NCBI RefSeq assembly: GCF_006345805.1
Contig: NC_043000.1
Span: forward strand, 137,764,001 to 137,828,000
DNA length: 64,000 nucleotides
Source of the DNA: Octopus sinensis
Taxonomy: Eukaryota
Direction of reading: 5' to 3'
This document shows, one piece after another, positions 13,032 through 26,775 of this stretch. A program made the translations under genes and the position numbers. Below the pieces are notes generated by a model. The model ran no database searches and had not been told where the DNA came from. It saw only the letters and a list, made by a program, of their open reading frames with translations. Every line of letters starts with the position of its first letter. Positions within the stretch are counted from its first letter, which is position 1.

Positions 13032-13329
13032 TCTTTATATATAAAAGTGAAGTTGTGTGTCTGTCTCCTACGATTTAGATTCCTAACTACTCCCACATTT
13101 TGCGGTGCAGTTTAACCAAAACCGGGTATCTTATAGTCGTGATTCATATCGAGCCTTTCTGGGTTTTAGCGCGCGTCTACGATGAGTCAACGAATTTAAA
13201 AAATATTTACCATCATTTTTTTTCCATTTTTAATGCATTTTTTGCTATATTGTTTGGCTATAACTCTCTAAAAATGCTTATATAGTTATTTCCCTTACAA
13301 ACCCGAGCAACGCCGGGTGATACTGCTAG
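13032..13329 (+). mobile_element. Non-autonomous Helitron-like element
   Basis: A|TC 5' end, subterminal hairpin CCCG-AGCAACGC-CGGG, 3' CTAG|T, no TSD. Confidence 0.8.
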
Positions 13330-13390
<61 letters not shown>

Positions 13391-14629
13391 GCGGTATGCA
13401 CACACACACACACACACACATATATATACATATTTACATATATATACATATAACCTATGTGTGTGTATCTTCATACGTGTGTAAGCGTGTATATGTGAGT
13501 GTATGGGTTTGTGTGTGCGTGCGTTTCTTTTCACAAAAGAATTAAACATTTATCCTCCATAGTTTTGATAATTGATTCAATCGAGTGAAATAGAGATATT
13601 TTCTCTTTTTTCGAACGCCATTCAACTTTTATTATATTTTTGTCCAGGCAGCGTATACAAAAAAAAAAATATTGTCACGTGCAAAAAAAAAAAATATGGA
13701 AAAAGACATAAACTTTAAAAACAAAGCAATCATAAATATATAATAAACAAATCTCAACTGTATTCGGAATAATATTAAGCATACTGCACGTAGAAACACA
13801 AATAAGAAATCCACACCAATAATGTGTAAATAAAAATACGAAAACAAATGGAAAATGTAAAAATACTATTGAAATGCCTTTATTTGTAACTATTTTTTGT
13901 TCTATAATTTAAAGTGGTGAGCGATACAGCTTCCCTGATATGGTTGATTTTTACGAAGCTTCCACAAGGGAAACTAAATGTACGGAATACAAAAATTAAA
14001 TATATATATATATATGTATAAACAAAGAAGCACTTTGCATTCAGCCTGATGATAAAAGAATTATTGAGAGTGAATTTGCGGAATGGAGACTGATAAAATC
14101 GTCATTTTAGAGAGGAATAAATAACTTTCTCTCTTCGTTTATGAATGCAAAAATTCAAGGTGGCATGTATGAGCCTTTGTTTCATTGGTGCAACGTCACA
14201 TTTCTGTAGGAGCATGGCACGACAGCAAAAAATCATGTTTATTCATATATTAAAACTATCTCTCACTACTTTTCTCCTCCTCCTCTCTCTCTCTTTCTAT
14301 CTATATATTTAGATAATATTACAGCATAATATAGTTTGTAAGTGGTTACAGAAGTATAAAAGTAAAGTGCCGAATACGAAGTGGAGAATGAATTTTTTTT
14401 TTCCTCCTAATACAGTGGATGACCATTCTTATTTTTCCACGTGATTAGAATGATGGATCTCAAAAGATAACTGTCATACGAATATCACCCATATTAAGTA
14501 TTCACTACATCGTAAAAAACCATATCGTGGCATATGGTATCAAACAAATATTATATGTTATTATACTATCATACTACGCCAAGTCTAGAGAACTTTTACT
14601 CTTGGTGCTTATGACCTTAAGCTTTGAGA

Positions 14630-14634
14630 ATTTG

Positions 14635-14690
<56 letters not shown>

Positions 14691-14923
14691 TTATATATAT
14701 ATGTGTGTGTGTGTGTGTACATAAAAACATAGATATACATAATTCATACATATATATACATATGTATATACATACATATATATATACATATACATATATA
14801 CATATACATATATATATATATACACATGCATATGTATATATACATATACATATACATATATATATACACATAGATACATATACACACACACATATACATA
14901 TATATACACATAGATACATATAT

Positions 14924-14956
<33 letters not shown>

Positions 14957-15000
14957 CATGCATACACACATACATACATACCTACATACATACATGAAGT
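14630..15000. repeat. TA/CA/TACA-rich compound microsatellite
   Basis: Low-complexity tract; source of several spurious ORFs. Confidence 0.9.
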
Positions 15001-16419
15001 TAAATTTTCTTATATAGTGTGTTTTTAAGTATACTTCGTAATATATGGACTATATTAAGAAGTGCTCATTGCGAGATAAATCCTTGTATGATTTCCCTTA
15101 TCCTCTCTCTCTCTCTCACACACACACCCTGTCACTTCTATTCTAGCCTTTCTACTTATTTTTTCTCTCTCTTTCCCTCTTATATTCCTAGCCTTTCCTC
15201 TTCCCCTTCTTCCACTTTCCCCTTCTTTTCTCTGTCGTACCTTCTCCCTGCTATCTTTCTCCTCTGCCTGCTGCTGTCACGTAACCAGCGACCAGTTCCT
15301 CTTTTTCTTCCTCTCTTAGACTTGTCCCTTAGCTGACCAATCGCAAATTCTCTCTCTCCCTTCTCCATCCTTCAAAATATTTTCGAAACGTTACCCACCC
15401 TTCCCGTCTTCTTGGCCCCAATGCCGTATTTTGTTCGACTGTTTGTCCTCGTCCATTGCCCTAAATTACACTGTGTCGTTTTGCTTGCTTTGTTTCATTT
15501 GTGACATACAACTAACCATATTAAAATCTCACGAAATGCTACTCATGGAATGTTGTTGAAATGGAAACTAATCAATATCCTCACAGTTCCATAAATTTAC
15601 TGAAGACCTACATTGTCCAGATTATGTATGAAATATATAAAGAACATTTAGTGCAAGTATTAAGATGTTACCAGTCTGGGATTGAAACAACCATCGAAGA
15701 TGAAAGCATATTCACAGATTTACACATAGATTAATAAGGTCAAATCTGGAATTCAATAAACTTGTTATAGTTCACACCATGTTTATCTTGTAGATATATA
15801 TATATATATATTGTGTAGGTAACACACTATTGTTATATTTGTTAAAATGTCAGTCTTCAAGATTGTCAAATAGAGTGGGGTTTCCTGTTTTCGGGTTGAG
15901 AATGGTAATAAGCTGCTATTTTATATTTTCTTGTTTCTTTCTCATCAGAGATATGTGTTCATAGAGAGCATCTCATCACCTCACTGTCTAGAAGAGACTA
16001 ATGATAGCTACGAAATATCATATAAAATAAATTGAAACCTTAACAATTGGAAGATCATGGTCATTCTATCTTACGGAAAAATAAGATTCAAGGTTATAGT
16101 GTTAAAAAAGATTATCAATTCCAGAACTTCGGACAACCTCAGAAGGGACTAATGGAGAACATAAATATTAAAAGCTTTTAATAAAAGGCAGCTGCTACAT
16201 ATTTATTTACAGATAACTATTGATATGCTACACTTAGTATTTGTATCAGTTCATCAGAGTTTATAAATGCATTTTCATCAATAGGTGTTTTGTAAACCTG
16301 CTTTCTAACTATCTGAATTACGGGGATGCCATAGTACCTCTTCGCATGCAGACACACATTCACACACCTGCACTCAAACACACATACGTATATATGTGTA
16401 TATGCATATATGTATATAT

Positions 16420-16966
16420 GTCACGCTGGTGAGACCCATATTGGAGTATGGGATGCAAGCCTCTTCTCCTTATCTCCTCAAAGACATACAGCATCTCGAA
16501 AGAGTCCAGAAGCTGGCTACCCGCATGGTTCTTCGTCTCAAAAATGTGTCCTACGAAGACAGGCTGAGGACGCTCGACCTTTATTCTCTTGAAAAACGCC
16601 GCCGCCGTGGTGATCTCATTCTCGCCCAGAACATCATAAGCGGAAAGTGTAACCTCTCGAAAGAGTTGTTCTTCACTCCTGCTCCAGAGCGTCGGCTGCG
16701 GGGTCATTCCGAAAAGCTCTACCTGCAAGGATTTCATCTCAATCGAAGGAGAGGAGCTTTCTCCGTCCGGGTTGCGGATCCGTGGAACAAGCTGCCAGAC
16801 GAGATGGTGAAGATGCCGACGACCGCTTTGTCAAAGTCACCCTTGACCTCAAGTGGCCTGAACTCTTTACATGAACACCACCCTGTACGTAACTCCATGT
16901 CCCCCTACATGGCCTTGCTATTTGCTTTTGAGCCAAATTAACTAACTAACTAACTAACTAACTAAC
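16420..16966 (+). mobile_element. 5'-truncated CR1-clade LINE, 3' end with (TAAC)n tail
   Basis: RPILEY...LERVQKLATRM...SYEDRL...SLEKRRRRGDLI...RGH..KL...FSVRVADPWNKLP; tail at 16938-16966. Confidence 0.92.
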
Positions 16967-17822
16967 ATGTGTATGCATGTTCATATGTATATATGAAGAC
17001 ACACACACATATATCGGGAGTTGCTCTGTGTCTAGACGTTTTTGTACGTTGGATTTGTATATTTTCTATTTTCAAATGCATATGCCCAGATGTCAAATGT
17101 TAGTGTATTTAAAAAGGCAATAGTTCTTGTCTTTCTTTGTGGAAAAGTGTGAAGGATATCGCAAGGTTTTGATATAAAATGATACTGATGAAGTGACGGC
17201 TATAAATGACGCTAGAAGCAATGTTCCCATTTATTAATGGGCTATGTACTTTTAAACATTGTTGTTTCTAAAAAGAAAATAAAAAACAGAAAGTACATAG
17301 GAAGAAAGGTAGAACAATCAGCATTGTGTATAAGAACGTTTCTTTTCCTTCTTTTACATTCGAAGCTAAAATCGTGTCTATGCTAACATTGCCTGTCGCT
17401 TTTCTACGATTGGAAAAATAGGTATCAGCAATACAGTGCTGTTAATTGAATCTACTTAACCTCTTAACCTAAAAGGAAATTATTTTTACAAGTATTAATG
17501 AGGTGGCAGGCAAAATAGAAGCATTATTTTCAGTACTGTTTTACTTCATCTTTCAATAATTTGTACTGTTTGAAAATACGATCCAGTAATACATTGTATA
17601 TATTGTTTCTTTTTTCTAAGATAGAGTTACAGACTGCTGATAATTGTTAATTATTAATTGCTAGGAAGGACACAGTATTTCTTTTTGCATCATATTACAC
17701 TACCAAGTATAGTAAAGGTTTGCAAGTCAATTTTGTGCCTACATTTGTATTAGCAGTGTGATGATCTCATTTTAAAGTTTATTTCTACAGATTTGCAATA
17801 GAGTTGCAATAGTGTTAGTCAA

Positions 17823-18586
17823 GTTAAGTTAATTTTTTGGCTCAAAAACCAAAAAGCAAGGCCATGTAGGGGGACATGGAGTTATGTACAGGGAGGGTGA
17901 TCATGCAAAGAGTTCAGGCCATTTCTGGTCAAGAGAGACTTTGAACCGAGCGGTCGTCGGCATCTTCACTATCTCGTCCGGCAGCTTATTCCACGGATCC
18001 GCAACCCGGACGGAGAAAGCCCCTCTCCTTCGATTGAGATGAAATCGTCGCAGATAGAGCTTTTCGGAGTAACCCCGCAGCCGACGCTCAGGAGCAGGAG
18101 TGAAGAACAGCTCTTTCGAGAGGTTACACTTTCCGCTTATGATGTTGTGAGCAAGAATGAGATCACCACGGCGTCGTCGTTTTTCTAGAGAATAAAGAAC
18201 GAGCGTCTTCAGCCTTTCTTCATAAGACAAATCCTTGAGACCAAGAATCATGCGGGTAGCCAGCTTCTGGACTCTTTCGAGATGATGTATGTCTTTGAGG
18301 AGATAAGGAGAAGAGGCTAGAATCCTGTACTCCAATACGGGTCTCACCTGCGTGACATGGAGCGGTAGGAATATGGCTGGTGTGAGCATTCTGAATGACC
18401 GCCGAATCAAAAACAGAACTCCGCGTGCTTTGTTGGCAGCACGGACGCACTGGGCCGAAGGCGAAAAGGAAGAATCCACCAAGATACCCAGGTCCTTTAC
18501 CTGGTCGGTCCTATCTAGCAGCAGACGACCCGGCTCGAAATCAAGTTGAGTTGCAGGAGAAGAGCCAACAGGCAGATGACAGCACT
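17823..18586 (-). mobile_element. 5'-truncated CR1-clade LINE, same family as 16420-16966, opposite orientation
   Basis: ORF 17901..18482 (KDLGILVDS...RPVLEY...RGDLI...WNKLP), with the same 3' UTR and TTAAC tail. Confidence 0.92.
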
Positions 18587-18803
18587 AAGAGGTTTCATAT
18601 AGGAATAGGTTTATGCAAACAATAAGGCCGAAGATAGAGAAAACAAGAGAAATAGGAAAAAGAAAAATAGAAAAAAATATCCTGAATCGCATTGTTTACT
18701 TAAGCATAGTCGTATATGAAACGCTGCAATTTTCAGTGCTAGCTCTGAATTGTATCGAAAATCTGGAGAGATAAACTGAAAATTACAACATATAAGTCGC
18801 AAA

Positions 18804-18850
18804 GTGTCGCTGAAGAGGTTACGGATGTGTGGCGAAAGATTTCTGGACAA
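18804..18850 (+). other. Hammerhead-like relic of a Penelope-type repeat
   Basis: CTGAAGA-G-GTTAC-loop-GTGGC-GAAAG-ATTTC; stem II pairs with two G-U wobbles, stems I and III are imperfect. Confidence 0.35.
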
Positions 18851-19745
18851 GGGACATGAGCTGAAATAAGAAGAGTAGTAAACGAGAAGAAGAAGGAATA
18901 TATACTGCGTGTGTTTATTCTGCGAAAAAAAAAAGCAATGACCATCCCGAAATACAACACTATAGATATAGATGTTTGCAAATAAATGATAATAGGTAGC
19001 AGCTTAGGTTTTCTGTTTCAATTGATCGAAAGGTGTGCATAAAACCTTTGGCTTTTTTATTCAAACGAACTTGGAATTGATTGATAAATGCCCTGCCACC
19101 TTGACAGAGAAAATTGTTTGAGTTTAGCAGTCAGATAACTATGATACAGTGTGGTAAAGAAGAAGCAGAAAGCAAGGAAGGGAGAAGTAAAATGGTACAG
19201 GAATGTCTATTCCTAAGGGTTAGGTTCTAATATTCATTAAGTGCTGAACTACACAGTATCTTCTTTACGAGTTGTGCATACATAATAAGCTGTATATTTG
19301 AAACTGTACGTATAAACGATATCATATAACCTTAGAAGATAAGAAGTATCAAAGACTAGAGAATAACGAAAAAATTGTCCAGTTTGAAGTGCTTTGTTCA
19401 CATTTGAGGATTATAGTGAGGTTGAGCAGCTTCTCAACTTCAGTAAGTGGTCAGTTACATCCTATTATAGGTTAATCTTTAATTTAAAGGGAAGAGAACT
19501 CGTTTGAGAAGAAAAGTAAGTATCTGACATTTGTAGTGGGTTGATAATTAGTTGGAATAAAAGAAAGCTTCCAAGTGTTGATTGGATACTCCTACATGTG
19601 AACTAAGCGTCAAAGAATGTTCGTTGCTAGAGGTGAAAAGAATGGAAAAGAAATATATCAATTTTAGAGAGGAGAGTGTGCTGGAAAAATGCAGTTTATA
19701 AACTTTCTTATAAAATGAACTTATACGACAGATGATTATACTTAC

Positions 19746-19820
19746 ATTCTCTAATTGGGCAGGGTCGAAGTCTCAAGAGGGTAATTAAGTACCTACTCAT
19801 ATCTAATGGACTAAGAGTAG
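19746..19820 (-). CDS. Candidate 75-nt phase 1-1 exon (ATLSPLDMSRYLITLLRLRPCPIRE)
   Basis: CTAAC branch, TACAG acceptor, GTAAGT donor, open frame. Confidence 0.3.
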
Positions 19821-20461
19821 CTGTATATTGGTTAGAAGGCTGTTCTGGCATTAAGGCATAAGTTGGAAGTCTGATATATTTACTAAGCACATACATGTAC
19901 GCGCGCAAATGCACACACACACACGATCACACACACACAAACACACACGCATCACATCACATACATATATACATGCACTCAAACATATACATACAGATTA
20001 TTTCAAATTGTTTAATAGTTTTAAGAAAGTTAATATATTTGAAAGTAAGAATGAGAAAATTGAAGCATAAATTTTAACCATTTCGTAGGCGAATGGGCAT
20101 TAAGATTAACGAGCACCATTGAGTTTAAGGAAGACAAACTTCATTCTTTCTTCAATTGTATAAATTGTGGTATTGAAAAGAACGAGAGGAAGTGAAAAAT
20201 TTAAGGCCCAATGAAAACATTTATTTTCTTTGCATTGTTAAAGGCTTCTGATATATATTTCCTGTGTTAAAAACATTTTTTCTAAAATATATGATTTAGT
20301 GCAGATAACGCATGCATTGATAGATGCACATACATACGTGCACACACGCGCGCGCATGAACACACACACTGCGCACGCAGTGTGCATATATATATCTATG
20401 CATGCATAGGTATATATATCTATGCAAGCATGCACACGCTATTTATCTATCTGTATATCTG

Positions 20462-20512
<51 letters not shown>

Positions 20513-21080
20513 GTGTGTGTGCGTGTGTGTGTGAGTGTGTGTATGATTCTGATTGAGCAAAAAGAATTTTAATGAAAGCGGGCGGAAGGAAATTATGTGA
20601 GGAAAAAACATTTCTAAATTCATTCTTACTTATAATTTTTTTATGCAAACATTATCTAAAAGACTCTTCAAAATTTATATATTTCCCGTAATCATACTGC
20701 ATAAGCGGAAATATTCAACCATTTTGTTTTGCTATCGTACATAATCTTGCATTTCCTTCGATTTTTGTTTGTTTGTTCTTAAAATATAGAATTCGACTTC
20801 GGTTAGGTTATCTATAAAGCAATTCTTTCACAGACCAATAAATAACAGTATAATACTTCAAGTAAAACAGCATTATAAGTTTTAGTAGTAGTTCTACTAA
20901 CAATTTTATGGTGGCGGACGTGACATCGCAGTGCTTCTAGGAGATAATTTTGTTATTATTAATCCTTTTACATTTGATAGCGATGACAGAACTTAATTAT
21001 AAGCACAGCTATTGTCACTGTTAAATCTACCATATAAGGCGTTTTGCCTTATTTTTCTTTTGGCAACGCCCTTCCTTTAG

Positions 21081-21111
<31 letters not shown>

Positions 21112-21587
21112 CACACACACACACATACACACACACAAACATACACACACATACACACACACATACACACACACACACACACACAAGCACACAGAGTACT
21201 CATTAAAAAATTATGACCAAAAATTTGGTAATAAAATGTGATTGTAAGTGCCCTCATACACACATGCGCACACATACATTCGCTAATAAATTACATTATA
21301 AAACTTTGGCCCATTAGCCCGTTACGGGATCGCATGATATGCATACTGTGTTTTTCATTCGGAAACAGTGCCCCGAGACCTTCAAAATGGTGAATTTTTA
21401 CCAAATGAATGAATGACCCTTTTGATATTATTTTCGCTCGCTTTGCTTTATTTACTTCTAAACTTTCTCTTTCGTTACAACTTCCAGCTAATTTGTTTGG
21501 TTCTTTCCGGAAACGTATTGATTTATTGTAGAGGCAGACATATATCTAAGCAATGCAACAACAGCAACAACAACAGTAATGAGATTA

Positions 21588-21625
<38 letters not shown>

Positions 21626-22454
21626 GTTATCCTTATTATATTCAGTATAAAGAGCTTTAATAGAAGGGGGTATCATGCACAGAGTAAATAAGATAAGGAA
21701 GCTAGGGGGCGCCTTTCCTTATTACAGAAAACAAATCAATTACTAAATTGAATTTAGTGACAGATTATAACTCTTGTTGAAGGAAAATTGGGAATTTCAG
21801 ATATTAAAAATATCCAAGCGTTTAGCAATATAAATAACAGCAACGAACTTGAACTTGACCGATTCCTTAACGAAATGCATTCAGCTAGTAGTCATGCGAA
21901 ATGACGCCAAAGTAGTTGATAAGAAGAGTTTATAAAACATTGGTTGATAAAAACGATAACCTTGCTGCAAGCAATTTGATTCTGGTACAGATAACATTTT
22001 TGATAGCCTCGTGAATGCATCTATTAAAGGATCAATTGAATGGGAAATTAACCTTTCATGATATAAACAAAATAATAAGGTTTACATATTTAGTAACAAA
22101 GCTGATTGTTTCAAAACTCAGTGTATCACTGACACGTATCAAACTCCGACAAGTGAGTTTCTATGTGATCACTTGATCTAGAAGAAATACCAGCTAAATT
22201 TTCCTTGATACCAACTAAATCGCTTGATCTACAACTAAATGCCATCCTAAAAAATAAAAAAAATAGACTGTGGAAATCGGATTCCTCTAAGAAGCTAAGG
22301 CGTAGACGCATCCACTGTCCGTCTTGGAACGAGGAACTTAGCCTTTATCCTGCATATACGGTACAGCGGATGACAAAAGTTAACATGCTGGATGTGCAGT
22401 CAGAAATAAAGATTTGGTTTCTAGTAGGATGCTGGGTTTTAAGGAAATTAGACA

Positions 22455-22703
22455 TGCATACATATATACATATATATATATACATATATATACATACATA
22501 TATACATTTACATACATATATATACATATATACATATATATACATATATACATATATCCATATAAATACATACATATATATATATATATATATACATATA
22601 TATACATATATATATATCCATAAAACATATAGATATATACATATATATACATATATACATATATATATATATATACAACATATATATATATATATATATA
22701 CAC

Positions 22704-22755
<52 letters not shown>

Positions 22756-23400
22756 ATATATACTATATATATATACCTATATATATATATAATACATATT
22801 ATATATAATCTATATATATTGATATATACTATATATATATATACATATATATATATATAACAATATATCTATATATACACTACATATATATATACATATA
22901 TAACATATATACATACTATATATATGCATACATATATAAATATATACATACATATTATATATACCTACATACTATATATATACATACATATATAGATATA
23001 TATACATACATATATATATGTACATACATATATATATATGTACATACATATATATATATATACATACTATATATATATATTATACATACATATATATATA
23101 TATACATACATATATATATATGTACAACATCTTTTCATACATGTATATTATATATATATACATACATATATATATATATACATACATATATATATATGTA
23201 CATCTCTTTTCATACATATATATATATGTACATACATATAATATATATATACATACATATATATATATATATATATACATACATAATATATATATATACA
23301 TACATACATATATATACATATATACATACATATACATATATATACATATATACATATACTATATATACAATATATATATATATATATATCATATATATAT
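22455..23400. repeat. About 950-bp TA/TACA cryptic microsatellite field
   Basis: Almost only TA/CA units; continues at 24172-24400 beyond the LINE insertion. Confidence 0.95.
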
Positions 23401-24171
23401 AAACTCTCGCGGCGTCCAACAACATCAGAGACTTGGGATTATTGTGGACAACACCATAAGCTGGGCCACCCATATAAACACCAAAGTTGACATGGCCCGC
23501 AGAATGTGTTCCTGGATTCTCAGAACTTTTCAGTCGAGAGATATCCACACCATTATCCTTCTCTTCTCCACTTTTGCCCGTACCCACCTTGAATACTGTT
23601 GTCCACTGTGGGTCTCCCCACACAATACAAGTATCATAAAAGTTGAAGCACTCAAAGGGCAATCACAAAAAAGATAGATGGCATGACAGGCCTCGACTAT
23701 TGGGGTCGACTAGAAAAGCTAAAACTCTATTCTCTCAACGTCGTCGTGAGCGCTACATCATCTGCATGATGTGGAAAATATTCCATCAGCATTGCCCAAA
23801 TGATTTTGGCATCACCTTTAAGGTACATCCAGGCTTGGGCCCCGTGCCATCCGCCCAAAACAAAATCGCACTCTCATCTCAAACAACAATACGGCACAAT
23901 TATTTCACCTCAATTGGCCCCGCTCTCTTTAACATTACACCAAAACACATTAAAACAGAAACTGACCCTATAGGTTCAAGAGTCTTTGGACAGATTCCTC
24001 AAGAAATCCCGGATAAACCCCCTACACCCGGATATGTCTCTGTAAACAATAACTCTCTACTTGAGTGGGCCATAGTGCCCAAATTCTGACTTGAAAGACT
24101 TCACCAGGTGGTGCTATTAAGTTAGACATGCCTGGCCATGAACAAACAAAAAAATTAACAAATTAACAAAC
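23401..24171 (+). mobile_element. 5'-truncated, frameshifted CR1/L2-group LINE, a different family from the 16-18 kb pair
   Basis: [16 protein letters not shown]...WILRTF...[11 protein letters not shown], then RRRERY...GPALFNI..; short 3' UTR and TTAACAAA tail. Confidence 0.88.
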
Positions 24172-24952
24172 ATACATATATATACATATTACATATATAT
24201 AAATTTACATATATACATTATACATACATTCATATATATACTATATATACATATATATCCCTATATATACATATATATATACATATATATACATGAATAT
24301 ATATATGAATATATATTATATATATATATAATATATATATTATATATATATCTATATATATATATATATATATACGTGTGTGTGTGTGTGTGAGTGAGTT
24401 TAGAGGGATATATTATCTGGACAGATACTGTTGTAGCTCTTAGTTATTCCAGGTTGTCGGGGGCTGTTGTCAAACTGATATCAGGTTGTGATGTGCTGTG
24501 GGATTCTATATATAACAGATTTGGTGGGTTTGGGGTTTATTAATAAGTGTGGAAATGAAGTAGTGTTGATGAGCAAGAACTGAAAGAAGATAAGGAATGG
24601 TAAAAATATGATAATTGACTGATTAGTTGACTTTGTTGAATAGTATAATGGTCAGATGTTTTTGAAATTCTCTTATGGCTGGATCAACTATCATAATTTC
24701 AGAAAGAGAAGCTTCAGTAATATTCTACGTTAAAAATGAGTTTACGTGTGTGTCTGAAGGTGGGGGTGTTAAGGAGGTGTAAGGTACATATCTTTTGATA
24801 AAAAGGGCATGATAGGAGGGAGAAAAATATAAGGGTGGTTTTGGAATATTTGTTCACAGAAATGTATTGTTTTATATTGGTTTGGGTGTGGAACCTGGAT
24901 AGATCATGCTAGCTCACATATTTACTTCCCTACATATAAACAAACAAAACGT

Positions 24953-24999
<47 letters not shown>

Positions 25000-25005
25000 T
25001 ATATA

Positions 25006-25190
25006 TCACCTTGATTACCTTGACCTACCAGTCCGTCGGGCGTCCCTTTGACACCGCTGGTCACAACACGCTGTCCACACCTCTCTGGATCGCGGAATCT
25101 CGGTGAGAAAGCACATCAGTAGCGAGGTCATCAAAGAGAAAGCCGGCGTGAGGAACGTCATCGCAGAATATACACGCAGCAAGAAAGAAT
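25006..25190. mobile_element. RTE-like LINE 3' end with an inverted upstream segment
   Basis: 25006-25095 reads on minus as a 3' end with a (TCAAGG)-type tail; 25095-25190 reads on plus as RKHISSEVIKEKAGVRNVI, an RTE C-terminal motif. Confidence 0.5.
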
Positions 25191-25199
25191 ATATATATG

Positions 25200-25253
<54 letters not shown>

Positions 25254-25320
25254 AATATATATATATATATAATATATATTATATATATAATACACACACA
25301 CACACATGCACATATACATA

Positions 25321-25719
25321 TACTCTTTTACTCTTTTACTTTTTCAGTCATTTGACTGCGGCCATGCTGGAGCACCGCCTTTGGTCGAGCAAATCGACCC
25401 CGGGACTTATTATTTGTAAGCCCAGTACTTATTCTATCGGCCTCTTTTGCCGAACCGCTAAGTGAAGGGGACGTAAACACACCAGCATCGGTTATCAAGC
25501 AATGCTAGGGGGACAAACACAGACACACATACATACATATATATATACATATATACGACAGGCTTCTTTCCGTTTCCGTTTACCAAATCCACTCACAAGG
25601 CATTGGTCGGCCCGGGGCTATAGCAGAAGACACTTGCCCAAGATGCCACGCAGTGGGACTGAACACGGAACCATGTGGTTGGTTAGCAAGCTACTTACCA
25701 CACAGCCACTCCTGCGCCT
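25321..25719 (-). mobile_element. Full-length tRNA-SINE family A (CORE-like)
   Basis: A box TGGCTGTGTGG, B box GGTTCAGTCCC, CORE-like CTTGGGCAAGTG, internal microsatellite, (GTAAAAGA)n tail. Confidence 0.92.
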
Positions 25720-25992
25720 ATATACATATACACATACATATATACACATGTATCCGCACATATACCCATATATACATACACAAACATACAATTACATACA
25801 TATGCATGTACATATATATATATGTGTGAAAGAATGAGATTAATGGAAGCAACACGATCGATGCTGTCAGCCGTTTTCCCTCCCGCCCAGTTCCTAGCTT
25901 TCAGTCTGTGTTGATATGGTTCGTAGATAAATATTTATTGTCGGTATGTATTCATAAACATAAAAGATAAACATATTTAGTAATGAACTTAC

Positions 25993-26058
25993 TACAACTA
26001 TATAGCATTCATACATGTGCTCTGGCTCCAGTATATAAGTGAGCGAAAACCTGTGTCT
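25993..26058 (-). CDS. Candidate 66-nt phase 0-0 exon (RHRFSLTYILEPEHMYECYIVV)
   Basis: GTAAGT donor, weak acceptor; loose resemblance to Ig E-F strands. Confidence 0.2.
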
Positions 26059-26482
26059 CTGAGACTGTGTGTGTATGCGTAAGGATGCTATGCGTGTATG
26101 CAATCACTGACACACATGCATACGTATGTATGTAGCTGTCTAAGTTTATGTATCAGTGAATGTGTGAATATTTTTTTTTATTCTAGAGAAATAAGAAAGC
26201 CAAACTTGAATGAAACGGACAGACACTCGTAAAAATAGAAATACGATGTGTCAAAGCATGAAAACAACGGTCTCACAGGCCGCCCGTACACGCACATACT
26301 TATCCCTCCTCACAGACATACACACATACAAACGTCCCTGGCATATACACCTTCATTCAGGCATACACTCATTCACAGTCGTACACACAAGCCTGAAAAT
26401 GTATAAATACAAGGCAGATTTGGAGATAATGGCTTATCATTGATGAAGTTCTGAATGCCGATGAAAAAAATCCGACAAAGTA

Positions 26483-26513
<31 letters not shown>

Positions 26514-26552
26514 GATTAATGAGGCAATTGATTAGTTAACTGTTTAATTGAT

Positions 26553-26775
26553 TAACTAGTTGACTAATGATGTTTTCTAATTTTGGCACAAAGCAACAAA
26601 TTTTGAGGGAAGGAGATGGGTGGATTATATTGAACCTTGTATTTGAGTGGTATCTTATTTTATCGATTCTTTGGAGGTTGAAAGGTAAACTGGTCCTTGC
26701 AGAATTTGAACTTAGAACGTTATGAATCAGAAAAAAAATCTGCGGTAATTTTTCTGGCGCGCTATCGTTTTTTCC
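26553..26775 (-). mobile_element. Old decayed SINE-B (alternative tail)
   Basis: Recognisable GCAGAATTTGAACTTAGAAC B-box region and tail. Confidence 0.6.

Noticed and set aside
24395-24905. Possible decayed retroelement coding region
   Set aside because: No diagnostic RT or endonuclease motif could be recovered.
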